Shown here: positions 50,501 through 62,975 of the stretch, one piece after another | How the letters are laid out: every line of letters starts with the position of its first letter | Numbering within the stretch: the stretch's first letter is position 1 | NCBI GenBank assembly: GCA_973895155.1 | Contig: OZ316893.1 | Span: forward strand, 4,888,977 to 4,952,976 | DNA from: Marsupella aquatica | Lineage: Eukaryota; Plantae; Marchantiophyta | Direction of reading: 5' to 3' | DNA: 64,000 bases | Program-made: the position numbers and the translations under genes | The notes under the pieces: model-generated | Told to the model about the DNA's origin: nothing | What the model saw: the letters and a program-made list of their open reading frames with translations, nothing else | The model's database searches: none

Positions 50501-53024
50501 ACTTGGACCTTGCACTGTTGAGCCAGTTTCTGAAGTAAGTTCTGATTTGAACATCAAGTTTACTCGAAGAAGTTGTCAGTGACAAGTTTGAAAGATTCAA
50601 TTGAGATTCCGAAGTGATGTCGAAAAGGAAATTTCACTTTGAAGACAACTAGACCCTTGCCGTACGTCGTCAATCCATATTGGAAACTGTAGAACTTGGC
50701 GAACATTGCAAGAGGCATTGTAAGTCCTTTCCAGAGAGCCGCTCACGCAGTGGAAAAGATTCAGAAGATATTTGAAGGGGGATTGTGCGGTTTGAGCATA
50801 GCACAAACAACAAACGTCCCACTGCGGGACAATTCATCTCGAATGCGACCTTGATATTCACATCGTCATGTCTAGCCTGGACCTCTCTTCCAGAAGAACA
50901 CACATATCTGTAGCCTCAGTGTGGGAAGAAGTTTAGTGTCCAAACTTGCCTCATTCAGCTCAAGCTTCAGGTCCTGACGAACGCGTTCCATTAGAGAGCG
51001 CTCGGTTTCAGTGGGGACAAGCGGCCCGAAGCCGCCCGTACTGTCTATCACGTCCAGCCCAGTTTCATATCCCTTTCCATCACTTTCTGCGGCCTGTTCG
51101 TCGTCGTCATCAGACATTGTAGCGCCGTTTCCTGACCCCGGAGAAACTCCTATTCCAAGTGAGACCAAGACACTGAATTGCTGAGCGATTTTCATTGTCA
51201 TTAGTGCCCCTGTAGCTCCGAAGAGAATTCAAGAATAGAACTACGACGAAGCAAGATGCAAGCAAGATGCAAGCAAGATGCGTCATAACGTCTTTTCCAC
51301 ATTGTCAAATCAATGTTTATACTGTGCTATATTATAATCATTGGTACCACAAAGCCATGTCGCTTCTCACCAGTTAGGGTGTAGAATTGCTGCTCCAGTT
51401 CCCAGCAACCGACCATAGCTTCAGTCGCGTGCACTCTTACATGGTTCTGCAGCTGCTCCTGCATATTCAAGAGAATCGTGGCGTAGTTTCTCTACAGACA
51501 TGGAGACAAACGACTTAGTTAGCTAAATGCAAATCCCATACATTTCCATGCTAAATGGAAGCGCCAGGCGCGACCACTTGTCAAACTGTAGATCCAGCAC
51601 AGAATGTTCATTCGGGTGTTCAAGTCGGATTTCTGAATTTTAAAGCTCTCCGAACTATCCTTCCGACGATCTTGGCCTTAAATCGCTTACAGTTCATATT
51701 TTTTACTTTTTTAAAAACAGGAAACTTAGGCCATGTATCCGGCCGACGACATCTCAGTAAATATCTGATGCCACAACCCCAGGAATTATTACAATAACAT
51801 ATGAACTTCAGTCGTAATAATACCATGAAGTCATCGAGCTCATCTTTATCGTCAACATCTTCTCCCTCCTCAGGAACGAAGACGGAGTATTTGTCTATCA
51901 CAAGCTGAGATTGATCCAGCTGTTCTTCGATGTTCGGTAGTTGGTCAACTGGGGTGGCTGTTTTGAGGCATCCAACGTGTGCTTGGACCATCTGAGCAAA
52001 CAGAGGGTGTGTGAGCAGCTTTGCCTTCAGTCTCGCTTCGTGCCACTTCTTTATTCTGTCCACTGGAGGCAAGGACATGCTCTCGTCTCGCTCCTGTGGA
52101 TGCTCGCCTCCTGCATTCGAAGCATTTTGGGAGCGTGCCTCGTTGCCTGTACCGCTCTCCATGTGAAGGCCTAGAATCACTCTCTGATGTTCGCTACCTA
52201 CGAAACGACAGCGCATCAACTACCAAATCTTATTTCGCATTAGTAGACTCCCGGATGTTCGGGAGAGAAACAACAATCCTATTTGAAGCACGCCTCTCGG
52301 GAAGTTTTTAAATTCATTTTTTTACGCCTCGATTGGACGATGTCAATTTACCGATACAAATCTCAGCTCAAGGTTGGAAAACCTCTCGAGTTTGATGATT
52401 GAAAGTTTTTTCACGAATTGGGTGGATCGATGCCCCTGATGAATTTCGTTGCCCACCTGGAATCTCCACGCTAGTGTCGTCTGGATGAGTTGAGCCCATC
52501 GGAACAGCAGATAACCAATCAATGTAAGGGTGGTTTGATAGAGAAGGTGAAGTCGTCTGCATGTTTCTACACATGCAATGCGCACCACTGACTCCACAAG
52601 ACGAACACCATTTTCCAGACACCCGTTTCTGACCTTCGGAGACGGAAACCTGTGTCTGCTGCCTCATTAAAGCATTGCTTAGCCACGAAGGTGTGCCGAC
52701 CTTGGGAAGCAGGTCATGTTTCTCTTCGTCGTCTTCGCGGAGCTGCTTGGAACTTTTGGCAGCATTCCTAGTACTATCATCAGCGATGCAGTCAGTCGCC
52801 TCGACGTCGAGACGTCGTATCCCTCTATGGTCGTCCATATCTCTCCTTCGACTCGGAGGCATCTCACAAAGGGCGAGGTCAGGCAACTGGTGCTCAGGTG
52901 TCTTCTCCAGCATGTGCCCCAGGTTGTCTGGGTCTGCTGCCATTCTTTGCGAGTATCTTGAGCTCTCCCACAGCTCTGAAAACTGCTGCAAGGAGCCGTC
53001 GTTTGCTAGATTATTGTATGCCAT
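47552..53024 (-). CDS. KNOX2: Class II KNOX TALE homeodomain transcription factor (~504 aa, 6 exons)
   Basis: Exons 53024-52457, 52170-51824, 51491-51371, 51149-50950, 50026-49892 and 47695-47552. KNOX1 domain [25 protein letters not shown]; KNOX2 domain [18 protein letters not shown]; ELK region [13 protein letters not shown]; homeodomain RKRRAGKLP...WPYPTEDEK...[14 protein letters not shown]. Confidence 0.95.
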
Positions 53025-53399
53025 CGAAGTTCTTGCAACACACCTCAGAACATGGGTTTCAGCTTGCTTTCTGGGTACTTAGGAACAACTTCAAGCCCCA
53101 GATCTAGGTCATCCCTTCGGTAGGAACGTCCTGCGCACACAGACGAAGCTGGTTTGTCAGAAGAAGAATTCCTGTCCATACACCCTACGTCACGAATTTT
53201 GCAGACAATAAAACTGCAAGTCCGAAAGAGGGCCTTCTTGTCTGGGGTAGGTTGCAGGCAATGGACACCAACTTCTCATTGCACTCTGTTCAGCCTGCGC
53301 GCACATTTCTACTGGGTTGGGATTGACTGTTCCAAAATCCGAGAGAATTCCGGATCATGATTTACGTTGCTCATCCTGCACATTCTCGGGATGATTGTT

Positions 53400-54740
53400 C
53401 GAGAAGCCGAAAGAGGGTCGGGGTCGTGATTGAGAGAGACACATTGATAAGCAATATCTCCGACGGTCCTACAAAGTCACTGCTTCCGGTATACTCTCTC
53501 GATCACCTTCGGCATTCAGGTAACGTGAATGAATGCTTCATACTTCTCAGGAGGCGGAAAGAGTTCTGGACCGTGACTGACAGCAACATATTGATAAGCA
53601 TCTCTCATGGAGTCGTTCATCACTCATTATACCGTCCGAATTAATCAAGTACTGTATAATGTACTGTAAATCGATGTTTCGGGTATGCTCTCTCGATCGC
53701 CTTCGGCATTCAGGCAAAGTGAAGGAAGGTTTTATACTTGAGCCTCCGGTGTGAAGTGTTCATCCACTATTTGAAGTGTGACACGAAAGATGAATGATTG
53801 CGACGATATCTGAGGAGGCGGAAAGAGTTCTGGACCTTGATTGACAGTGACAAATTGATAAGAATCTCTAATGGTACGTGTTCGTCACCACTCATTCCAC
53901 AATTAATTAAAATGAAGAGCTGCACATATACTGTAAATCACTGTTTCGGGTATACTCTCTCGATCGCCTTCGGCATTCAGGGAACGTGAAGGAAGGTTGT
54001 ATACTTCAGTCTACGGTGTAAAGGGCTCATTTATGGACCTTTGACTGACAGTTACAAATTGATAAGCATATCTAAGGCTGTTCGTTACTCATTCTACCAG
54101 AAAAAAGAGTGAAATTCCGTAAATATACTATAAATCACTGTTTTGGGTATACTCTCTCGATCAGCTTCGGCATTCAGGAACGGGAATGAAATTCATGTTT
54201 CTACTTCAGACTGTGGTGTAAAGTGTTCGTCCACTACTTGAAGTGTAACACTTCGGAGGCGCAAAGAGTTCTGGACCTTCATTGACTGTGGCAAATTAAT
54301 AAGCACTTCTAATGGTGGTCATCACTCATTCTACAAAAAAGTCAAGCCAAAAACTGTAATTACTCTGTAAAGCACTGTTTCTGGTGTATTCTCACGATCA
54401 CCTTCGGCATTCAGTCACTCATTCCACAAACAAATCAAGTCAGGTACTGTAAATAGACTGCAAATCACTGACCTTCGGCATTCAGTAGAGGATAAAGGAG
54501 GTCTGCAAACAAATCAAGTCAAGTAGTGTAAATAGACTGTAAATCACTGTCTCGGGTATGCTCTCTCGACACCTTCGGCATTCAGGAAACGTGAAGGAAG
54601 TCTTACACTTGTAATTGGTCATCCACTTACTAATTGCAGTGTAACGCGCAAGATGAATGACTGCCAGGACATCGTAAGAAGCGGAAAGAGTTCTGGACAG
54701 TGATTGACAGTGACACATTGATACGCATCTGTAATGGTGT
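53400..54740. promoter_or_regulatory. Degenerate ~200-260-bp repeat array in the KNOX2 upstream region
   Basis: Core CTTCGGCATTCAG occurs 7 times. A GAGTTCTGGAC...TGAYTGACAG...ATTGATAAG module is repeated, starting ~0.4 kb upstream of the KNOX2 ATG. The repeat is seen directly; a regulatory role is inferred. Confidence 0.75.
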
Positions 54741-54949
54741 CATTGTACCGGTCATAAAAGTAAAGCGGGAGATGAATGACCGCGAGGATGACTGCCGTCG
54801 CTTTCAGCTGAGTTGGCCCCGCTGGCGGGTTCAGTTAAACGTCCCGGCAACGGAGCGTGACGTTGACACCTGTCCGGACAACAGTGATTGCAACCAGGGT
54901 AACTTTTAAAAGGTACTGGTTTGTACCTTTTAGCCGGTGATGAACGTCA

Positions 54950-55130
54950 TGTCGTGTGTGACCGAGAGAAGATGCGAAGAATCTTTTTATCAATTTTGTG
55001 TGGATTGATTTGTGACCAATTTATATTTAAGAATAACCAATGTCTTGTGTGAACGAGAGAAGATGCGAAGAATCTTTTTATCAATTTGTTGTGGATTGAT
55101 TTGTGACCAATTTATATTTAAGGATAACCA
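54950..55130. repeat. ~91-bp tandem duplication
   Basis: CGAGAGAAGATGCGAAGAATCTTTTTATCAATTT...TTTATATTTAAG.ATAACCA occurs twice in tandem. Confidence 0.92.
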
Positions 55131-58100
55131 TCAGATTCCTCTGGCTGAAGTGGGCAAGACAAAGATGTGGCACATGTTATTCTTTGAGGGGTAATTTGAC
55201 AAAATTTTGCAATGTTCATTGCAATAAAAGATGTTTGAATTTATAATAGTGTCACTGTTTTTGTTGTATTTATAAAAATGACACACTTTCCTTATATAGC
55301 TCCCCTGTTAACTTCAGGGAACTTGTCATCCATATACAAAATAGTGACATTTTATATAAATACAAAAACATTTATCAATATAAAAAACAACCATGGTAAT
55401 ATTGTCATTAGAACATCTTTATGACAAAGTAATTAAAAGCATCTTTAGTAACAAAGTAATTACGGACCCCACTAGAGGTCCCTTCCAAAATTCCTGACTC
55501 CACAGCATGCCACATCATCATGGCGCGCTGCAAATAGGAACGGATTGGTTTCTACAATGAAATTATGCCAACATTCGTGTTTGCGGCAAGATTTTGGTAA
55601 AATTGAGGACACCATGCCGTAAACCTTGATGTAAAAATTTATCAAAAATAACTGTTTTATTTACCGTGAGTAGGCTTTCAACTCAGTTTTATTTACCCCG
55701 CTTAACCAACTGTCCACCCTTTTTTTTGAATTGTAATTCAATTGTAATTAAAGTAATGAAGCAACACTTTAATTACAATGGCAGTTAAGAATCCTGAGCA
55801 TGGCAGTTAAGAATCCATGGTAGTTAAGAATCCTGTTTCTGCAGCGCCAGAAGGTCATTTCTGTCTAGCACTCCTTCTCTAGCAATCTGTATTCCGGCAT
55901 TGTCGTTTCCTTGTGTCGTGCTCATGGACAGAAGAATTATATGACGAACAAATTCAGCTTGTGAAGTAGGCAATTACTGAGAAGGAAATACCAAACATTG
56001 CTCCACAACTTGATGCAGCTTAGTGAGCGTTGCCCTACTTTTCTTGGAGTGGAGATCCGAATCGGTAACAAACGAAAGAACATAACAATTTCATAAGGAC
56101 AAAACGAGCACACTAACTGCACCATCGCTCTTGTGGGTTCTTATAGATCCAATCTATTACACAGGCTCGTATTTCAGGAGTTCATAAAGGAGGCAACTTG
56201 AAATCAAAGACCAGTCTGCATGTAGGACTTCAAATTGTATCTTCATATCTGGTTTTTGAAAGGGAAGAGCTGACCAAGTGCTCCATTGCACCAAACAGAG
56301 CTCGGCTTGATTTGGCAGTAAAAAATACTATCTAGCAATTGATAGACCAGGGCTCTACAAGTTTCTACGAGCACAGTCGATGCCTTTTCATGATCAAATT
56401 GAAAATATTAGAAGTGAAGCTGACTTGAGAGATCACTTGATAAGGACGCGGATCATTATTGGAGCGAACAGAAGTAGCGACTCTGTCAAATGCATCGACC
56501 CTCAAGAGGCGCGTTTGCAAGAGGCTGTGATAAAAAGGATTGTGTTTAAAGAGACATTCAGATATGGATAAAGGATTTTGATGAAATCATCTGGGAGTTC
56601 CAGGGTGAGAGGTCAATGTGGTTATTGTGAGGAAGAAGGAACGGAAATTAAGAGATGAGGAACTCGGGGCGGAGGAGTAGGTTTGGCTACTGAAAGGCGA
56701 AAAAGATTGAAAGATTTAGGTGACGATTAGAGCTGTTTGGGAGACAGTAGCGGGAATGCATTTGTTAAAGTTCAGGAGAGAAACGGTCTAATGTGACTTC
56801 TGTGATGAGAAGAATTGGATTGAAAACTGATAGATAATGTGAATGGGTCGTAAGGAATCGGGAAGTGTAATGGAGAAGATAGGGGTCCACAAACTAATTA
56901 AAAGCTTAAATGAAACGAACATGCTGAAATGAAAACATTTTGAGTGATGAGATGATTCCTACTGTCTTGAGGCCTGATTGGCCAGACGTCCAGGTAAGTT
57001 TCTGACTGATGGCAGGTGGTGCCACTCCTGTCATTCAATCCAACAAACAGCATTCCTGGCCTGAATGACGTGATACCTTTATGTGAAGCTTTATTTTGGT
57101 GGATCATCTTCAAGGCCATTGCAAACTAAAGCCCTCCCCAAATCAAACATGAAGCATTGTTTTGCAGCAGGGTAATTATCAAATGTAGCCAAAGTAGAGG
57201 TCCTAGCTCTCACATCCTCATCCGTCCTTTGCAAAATGGTTATCACATCCCACCCGTCCTGGATGGATTCAAGTGGCTCTCAAAATCGATCTCCATCAAT
57301 CCTCGAGTTTGAATGGTGGCCCTCATGTCTCCATCGATCAGTCATTGCTTCATTGGAAGAAAGCTCTGACTCTCATCTTCTCATGATCAGTCCTCCAAAT
57401 CCACATCTAAACTATTCCATCAGAAGTTCCAACGAAGATTTCGAAATCCGTTTGTTGGGCATGGCCCTAGAACCTCGATCCAGGTGCACATCACCTGTAG
57501 TACGAATGGTGCATCATGTCAAAAGTTTAATTTGACGTCACAGGCCCTGATTCTTTGAGTTATTTGTTAGGCGCACTCGTATGATACAGATTCATTAGAC
57601 AGTACTACGCCTTCCAGGTGCACATCTCAATCATATCTTCAAACAGAGTAGAGAATGGCCGTAAATTGAACTAAGTTGACAACAAATAGCAGAAACCATT
57701 TATCCAGCCTACTGGTAGGGTGGTGCATTTTTTAACCCGGTCTGGGGTCTTCATGTTAATGAGTGCAAAAACGGAATTGGACCAAGAACTTTCTGGCCTG
57801 TGCATGTGATTCAACTGTGTCCTTGGCTTCCTTTCAGTGGGTTTCGTTTATTGTTGTTTCTATTCAAACATCGTGCTTCAATTTCGTTTATAGCAGACTG
57901 AATAGAACTTGCACATAAAATAGAGAAGCAAATTGTATTCTCTCGGGACTATCGGTCGGAACGAAGCTTGAAAAGATAATTATGCAAGAGCATTCGATCC
58001 TTTAGTTGCATTAGAATTGAGTGCCTTGTGGTGAGGACTGTAAACCGAGGAAGCATTTCAACCAAACTATAAATGAGGACTGACTGTCAGCCGAGGACGC

Positions 58101-61100
58101 ATTTCACAGAAACCATAAACGAGGGCTGAGGACTGAGAAACTACTAAAAAAACAGATGCATTTTAGAATCTAGACTGAAAAATTGATCTGTGTGCCATAT
58201 CCTCCCATTTGGCGCAGAAGTTTACTCCCACCTAGTGCTTAGCTTGGTCGCAAGTTTAGGGTCCCACGAGACTTGATCAACCCTTCCGCTTCCGTATGGT
58301 GCCGAGATCCGCCGTCAAGTGAATCCTGTGTCTTCCATCGTGAAAGTGCAAGATGGCAGATTTGAATTCGACGTGCTCTGTAAATGCATAAGCTCGCAGA
58401 GAAGCATCTCAAGCATAGTAAAGGTATAACCATGCGGAGATTAGAAGGAGATCAAGACTAGGTAGGCACAGCAATGCAATGCGTTTTAGTAACGAAAGAA
58501 ATTGAATCTGAGAGGGCCAATTTCTTGCGCTACAAAATCTCCTGTAACAAAGTCATACTTGAATCAATCTAGCTACGTCCTTGCTCCTTCCGAACGCCAA
58601 TGACACCTTCTCCCATTTGCCAGCTGCGGCATAGGTGTTTGGAAAGACGCACATTTGTAGGCATTACTGGGTTTCGAACTCGATACACATTACCGTAAGT
58701 TCTCCGAACCCCAAGCAAGGCTACTACATTTGGTTTAATTAATTAGCGCTCGTTTGATTCTTCTATTCGTTCTCACCCACAGTAGGTTGGAGCTGTGTGA
58801 AGCAGTCTTAAAAGAGCAAACGTCCTGGTGGACTTTCCCAGTGGCAACAACCGGGATCGGAGTTTAGAAGCATTTTTTTTTAAGGGGAAATCTGTGAAAC
58901 CCCACAGAAAGGAGCTTAGAAACATTGATTCTAAGAGATCAGGGCACATTTTCGCATTATTCTAGACGAAGATGAGAAGAGTCCATTTGCAGTTATTCAA
59001 GCCGTGCACTGGGAAAGGACCCGTGAAGCCGTGGAGAATTATTTGTGTGGATTTCGCGATTGTCAAATCTTCCAATGCGTTTGAGGGTTTTAGCATATCA
59101 GCATTGTGTCATGCTTTCATTGATTCATGACTGGACCGTGTTAGTCCCTCTGCTCTTGGCTTGCCCACATTGAGCTACACTTAGCCGAGCGCGTTTCATC
59201 TAGTCTCTCGCAAGCATTAGTGTACAACCTTTCAGTACAGATTCGTTCGACTGTTTCTTTTCTGTCCCTGAAATATTCAGGCATGTTCTACATCTTTGAA
59301 GGACGGTCTTTACAGTGTCTTTCGTTTTACCTTTTCACCTGAAGTTTTAATTTTGCTTCAGGGAGTCAATTCCACTGCTACTTAATCCTTCCTATAGATC
59401 CGATTGAACGGTGACTTCATGCCTTTGTAGAGCAATGAATCGCTACTCACTTTAGTCGTCTTCTTGCCACTGAACTGCCAAGCTTGCAGCAGGGAATCGG
59501 AAAAATCCCTGCAGATGGGATTGCATCATACCATATCTCTCTCAAAAGAAGTGTCGTTACCTGTCGTGTATCTCTTGTCAAAGTCTCCAACATGATGTAT
59601 CAATCTTTGAACTTAAATCATGCCCTTCTTTGGTGGGAACGGACCTGTGTCCCTGCACACTGCTGCCCAGCAAAAACCAATCGTTATTTGGTCTAGATGT
59701 AGACTTTGTGCTCACTAGGAACTGTCTTGTCAAAGAAGTAATCAAAATTGAAATCCCACTATTTTCCGAGCAAAAGTTTCGAAGTTGTTGAAGTTGCCCT
59801 CAAAATCTTTATTTTGGAAATCTCTCTGGAAAGTTCGAGTGTGTCTTGAAATTTTTCACTGTCAAGCAATTCCAACAATAATCGCATGAAGTCGTGTTCA
59901 CAATAACTGCTAGAAATTGCCAAGGAACCCTATACATGCTGGCATGTTGATATTTGTACAGTACGTATTTCAGCCAATTCACTTTCCAACAAAAGCCATC
60001 TACGTGGGTGAGGATATTCTCATCAGAAGCAATATTCACATCAAATGTTCACTATTGGTCTTCCTGGATTTTCCCCTGGTTTTCTCCCTTTATTAGATTT
60101 ATTAGAGGATTCAATAAAGTCTACAAAGCTGTCTTTTGGATGGAATTGAGAATGATTTTTCAAGGCAAAAATAAGGTCTACAAAGGGTTCAGTACTGCAA
60201 ACGAAATCACTTTCTCGGCCAAAAGGTGAGTTACCAAAGTGAATAAAAAGAGGGATCTGAAAGCTCATGTTGAGATGTGGCTACACCCACCATATCTGCA
60301 CCCAACAAGCAACTGAATTGTACAACAGTCATCCGTATGCGCATTGAGATTTAATGGGATTGAGGTGTGCTTATTGATAAGTGTTCAAGTACACTTATTG
60401 AGAGTTTGCACATATAAAGTTGTCAGTTAGCAACATTCAAAAAAGGTGCAAAATGTGAATGTTTTTGCTAAATAAGTCCGAAAATAACTTTTATCATTAA
60501 GCTCACAATCCGGTTGAATTTCACTTACTGATAAGTGCATGGGGTTTTTAAGTAGAGGTGACTGAATTTAGTGCTGGGATCCTCACCTGGGCCGGATCTA
60601 TCCTTGATCTAGGATCAGTCTGTTCATTGCACTAAGGTTGGGACAGACCTAGCATTTCTCTAAGGGGAAAATGCATATCATAATTTGTGTTAGAGAAAGC
60701 TAGCTTCCTCGTGGTGCCCACCTTTCAAAAAACCCTGGGTTAAATCAACACCGCGTTAATGCGCTCCAAGTTTAGCGGCACCCCATACGCTGCCCGTCAC
60801 GAAATCCAATGCCGCCTGCCCGTTCCCCGACGCGGCCTAGGTTTATGTTCTACCATTTCTCCTTCGACTGCCTAAACTGCGTTTCTGTCCGTCGTCCGTC
60901 CGTTTTGAAATCGGGCGGGAGCGCGAACCGACTCCCCGACCCTGCCAACGCTACCCTCCCCTGCCCCGTCTCGACAGTCGACTGCTATCGAACCCTACGA
61001 TCCCACTCAAGCACGCTGCGCCTGCACACGACCATTGTTTAGGTTCTATCACATTTCGCCTTCGACCAATTTCGAAACTCCAGCCCAACAACTCACTCGG

Positions 61101-61996
61101 ACATCCTGCTCAAGTAAGCAACTCATTCAGATGATCGCTGCTGCATGTCAGACGAGTACTTTGTCTCTGGTGTTACCAATTAAATGGATTGTTTCAATGT
61201 CGCTCCCAACTCTTGCTTCAGATTCACAGTTTATGTACTACTCAGCGTTGCTTTGGTACTGTCATGCAGGGAATGGCACCATCTCGGCAATGTGCCGTAG
61301 GGCCTAGGAAGGGGAAGCCTCCTGTTCCACCAGAGTCAGAATGGGAGAAGTTCCCAATAGCCAAGATGAACGAACATTGGATGCGAGCTAAAAATCCATC
61401 CCACAAAAGAACATTAGGGTCAGGTTTTCTTTGCAAAATCATGACGGATGACTCATGTCAACACTTCGTGAAGAAGCAGGCTTTTCTGGATCACATGCGA
61501 TCAGTACATCGCATGAATCCAGAACCGTGTCCGGTTGGTCGTCCCAAAATGGCAGCATGGCAGAGGTTCGACCATTTTGCGTTCATTCCACACACGAGTA
61601 CTAGTTCATGTTCTGGTATGGATTGATTTCATTACTCCTGGTTTATGTTTTGCTATTTAGAGAATTCTTTGGTTTGTGTGTGCCTAAAGGAATCCACTGA
61701 GTACGGCAGCCATGATTCACAACAAAGAGTCGACTTCGGGTTCCTACCCTACACGAGTGTGGAAACTCAAGCGATAGCGAATGTCGTGGTTGCTACGATG
61801 GGCGAATAACCTCAAGTTAGCTCATGAAGGGGATGAGGATGAGACAACATGGGTTTTGAGTAAGGCCACAGAGTGGTACAATGCGTGGAGAAAATCTAAG
61901 CGCTTCACCAGCTTGCTCAACGCTGTGAAATCAAACGTTGAAGATTTCTGGAAAAAGCATAGACACCAAATTGATCCAGAGGAGATGCGAACTAGG

Positions 61997-62200
61997 GTAT
62001 GTGCAATGTAGTTGATGTTTTGTCGGTATGAGGTAAGTTCATTGTAGTTTATGTTCTGTCGGTGCCAGGTATGTGCAATGTAGTTGATGTTCTGTCGGTA
62101 TGAGGTAAATTCATTGAGTTTATGTTCAGTCGGTACCGGGAATGTGAAATGTAGTTATGTTTTGTCGAGAAGGGTATGTGAATTTTACTTTATGTTGTAT
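61997..62200. repeat. ~71-bp tandem repeats inside an intron-like segment
   Basis: GTATGTGCAATGTAGTTGATGTT(T/C)TGTCGGTATGAGGTAA repeated about 3 times. Confidence 0.85.
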
Positions 62201-62824
62201 TGCTATATTAATGCGGTAGTGATGTTTGACATATGAAATGCATCATTGTCATAGGCAATGCTTCCAGAAGATGTGGCCGAATGGAGCAGTGACGATGGGA
62301 TGCCCCAACTGGATCTTTCCCGCTCTGATTTGGACGCTAACAACATTGTATATAAGAAGCGTGTCCTTGTTGAGAAGGACCCACCTCCGAACACTAGAGC
62401 AAAGGGTAAGGGTAAGGGTAAGGCCCCATGTAAGAAGCCTGCTAAGAATTCTGAAACACAAGGATAGAGACAGGGCTTGAGGTCTAGGGCCAAGGCCACA
62501 CCGGGAAGGAACACCTCCATCGACAGCCAGGTTAGGCACATTCATATGCTATCTATTCAATGTTCCAAGCAAATTCATGTTCTTTCCTTTGTATTATGGA
62601 ATGCGACTCTTTGTACTTGTGTGCAGGAAAAAACTGTAGGTCCTAACAGATCGTCTACACGGAAGAGAAGGCCAAGAACAGCCAAGAACCAACTCAAAAG
62701 AAGCTAAAAAACATCAACAACACTCTCCATGTACATCACATTGTCTTTGCCTTTATTCCAAGACCTCCTATCCTATCGCAATTTTGTATGATGTGTTTCC
62801 CTATGCCATTCATACTAGGCATGT

Positions 62825-62975
62825 CTCTTGGTTTATGTTCTGCTTCTGGTATATGTTTCGCTTCTGGTTCATGTTCTGCGCCTGGTTTATGTTCCGCTCT
62901 GGTTCATGTTCTGCTTCTGGTTTATGTTCCGCTCTGGTTCATGTTCTACTTGTGGCTTTTGGTTTATGTTCTACT
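62825..62975. repeat. ~18-20-bp minisatellite
   Basis: About 8 copies of GGTT(T/C)ATGTTC(T/C)GC(T)TCT. Confidence 0.85.

Noticed and set aside
21954-53024. Functional cluster of Cdc25 and KNOX2
   Set aside because: They are about 24 kb apart with unrelated genes and TEs between them; nothing in the sequence supports co-regulation.
56200-57550. L1-type endonuclease remnant on the minus strand
   Set aside because: Only compositional hints and one loose motif; I could not order enough motifs to support a call.
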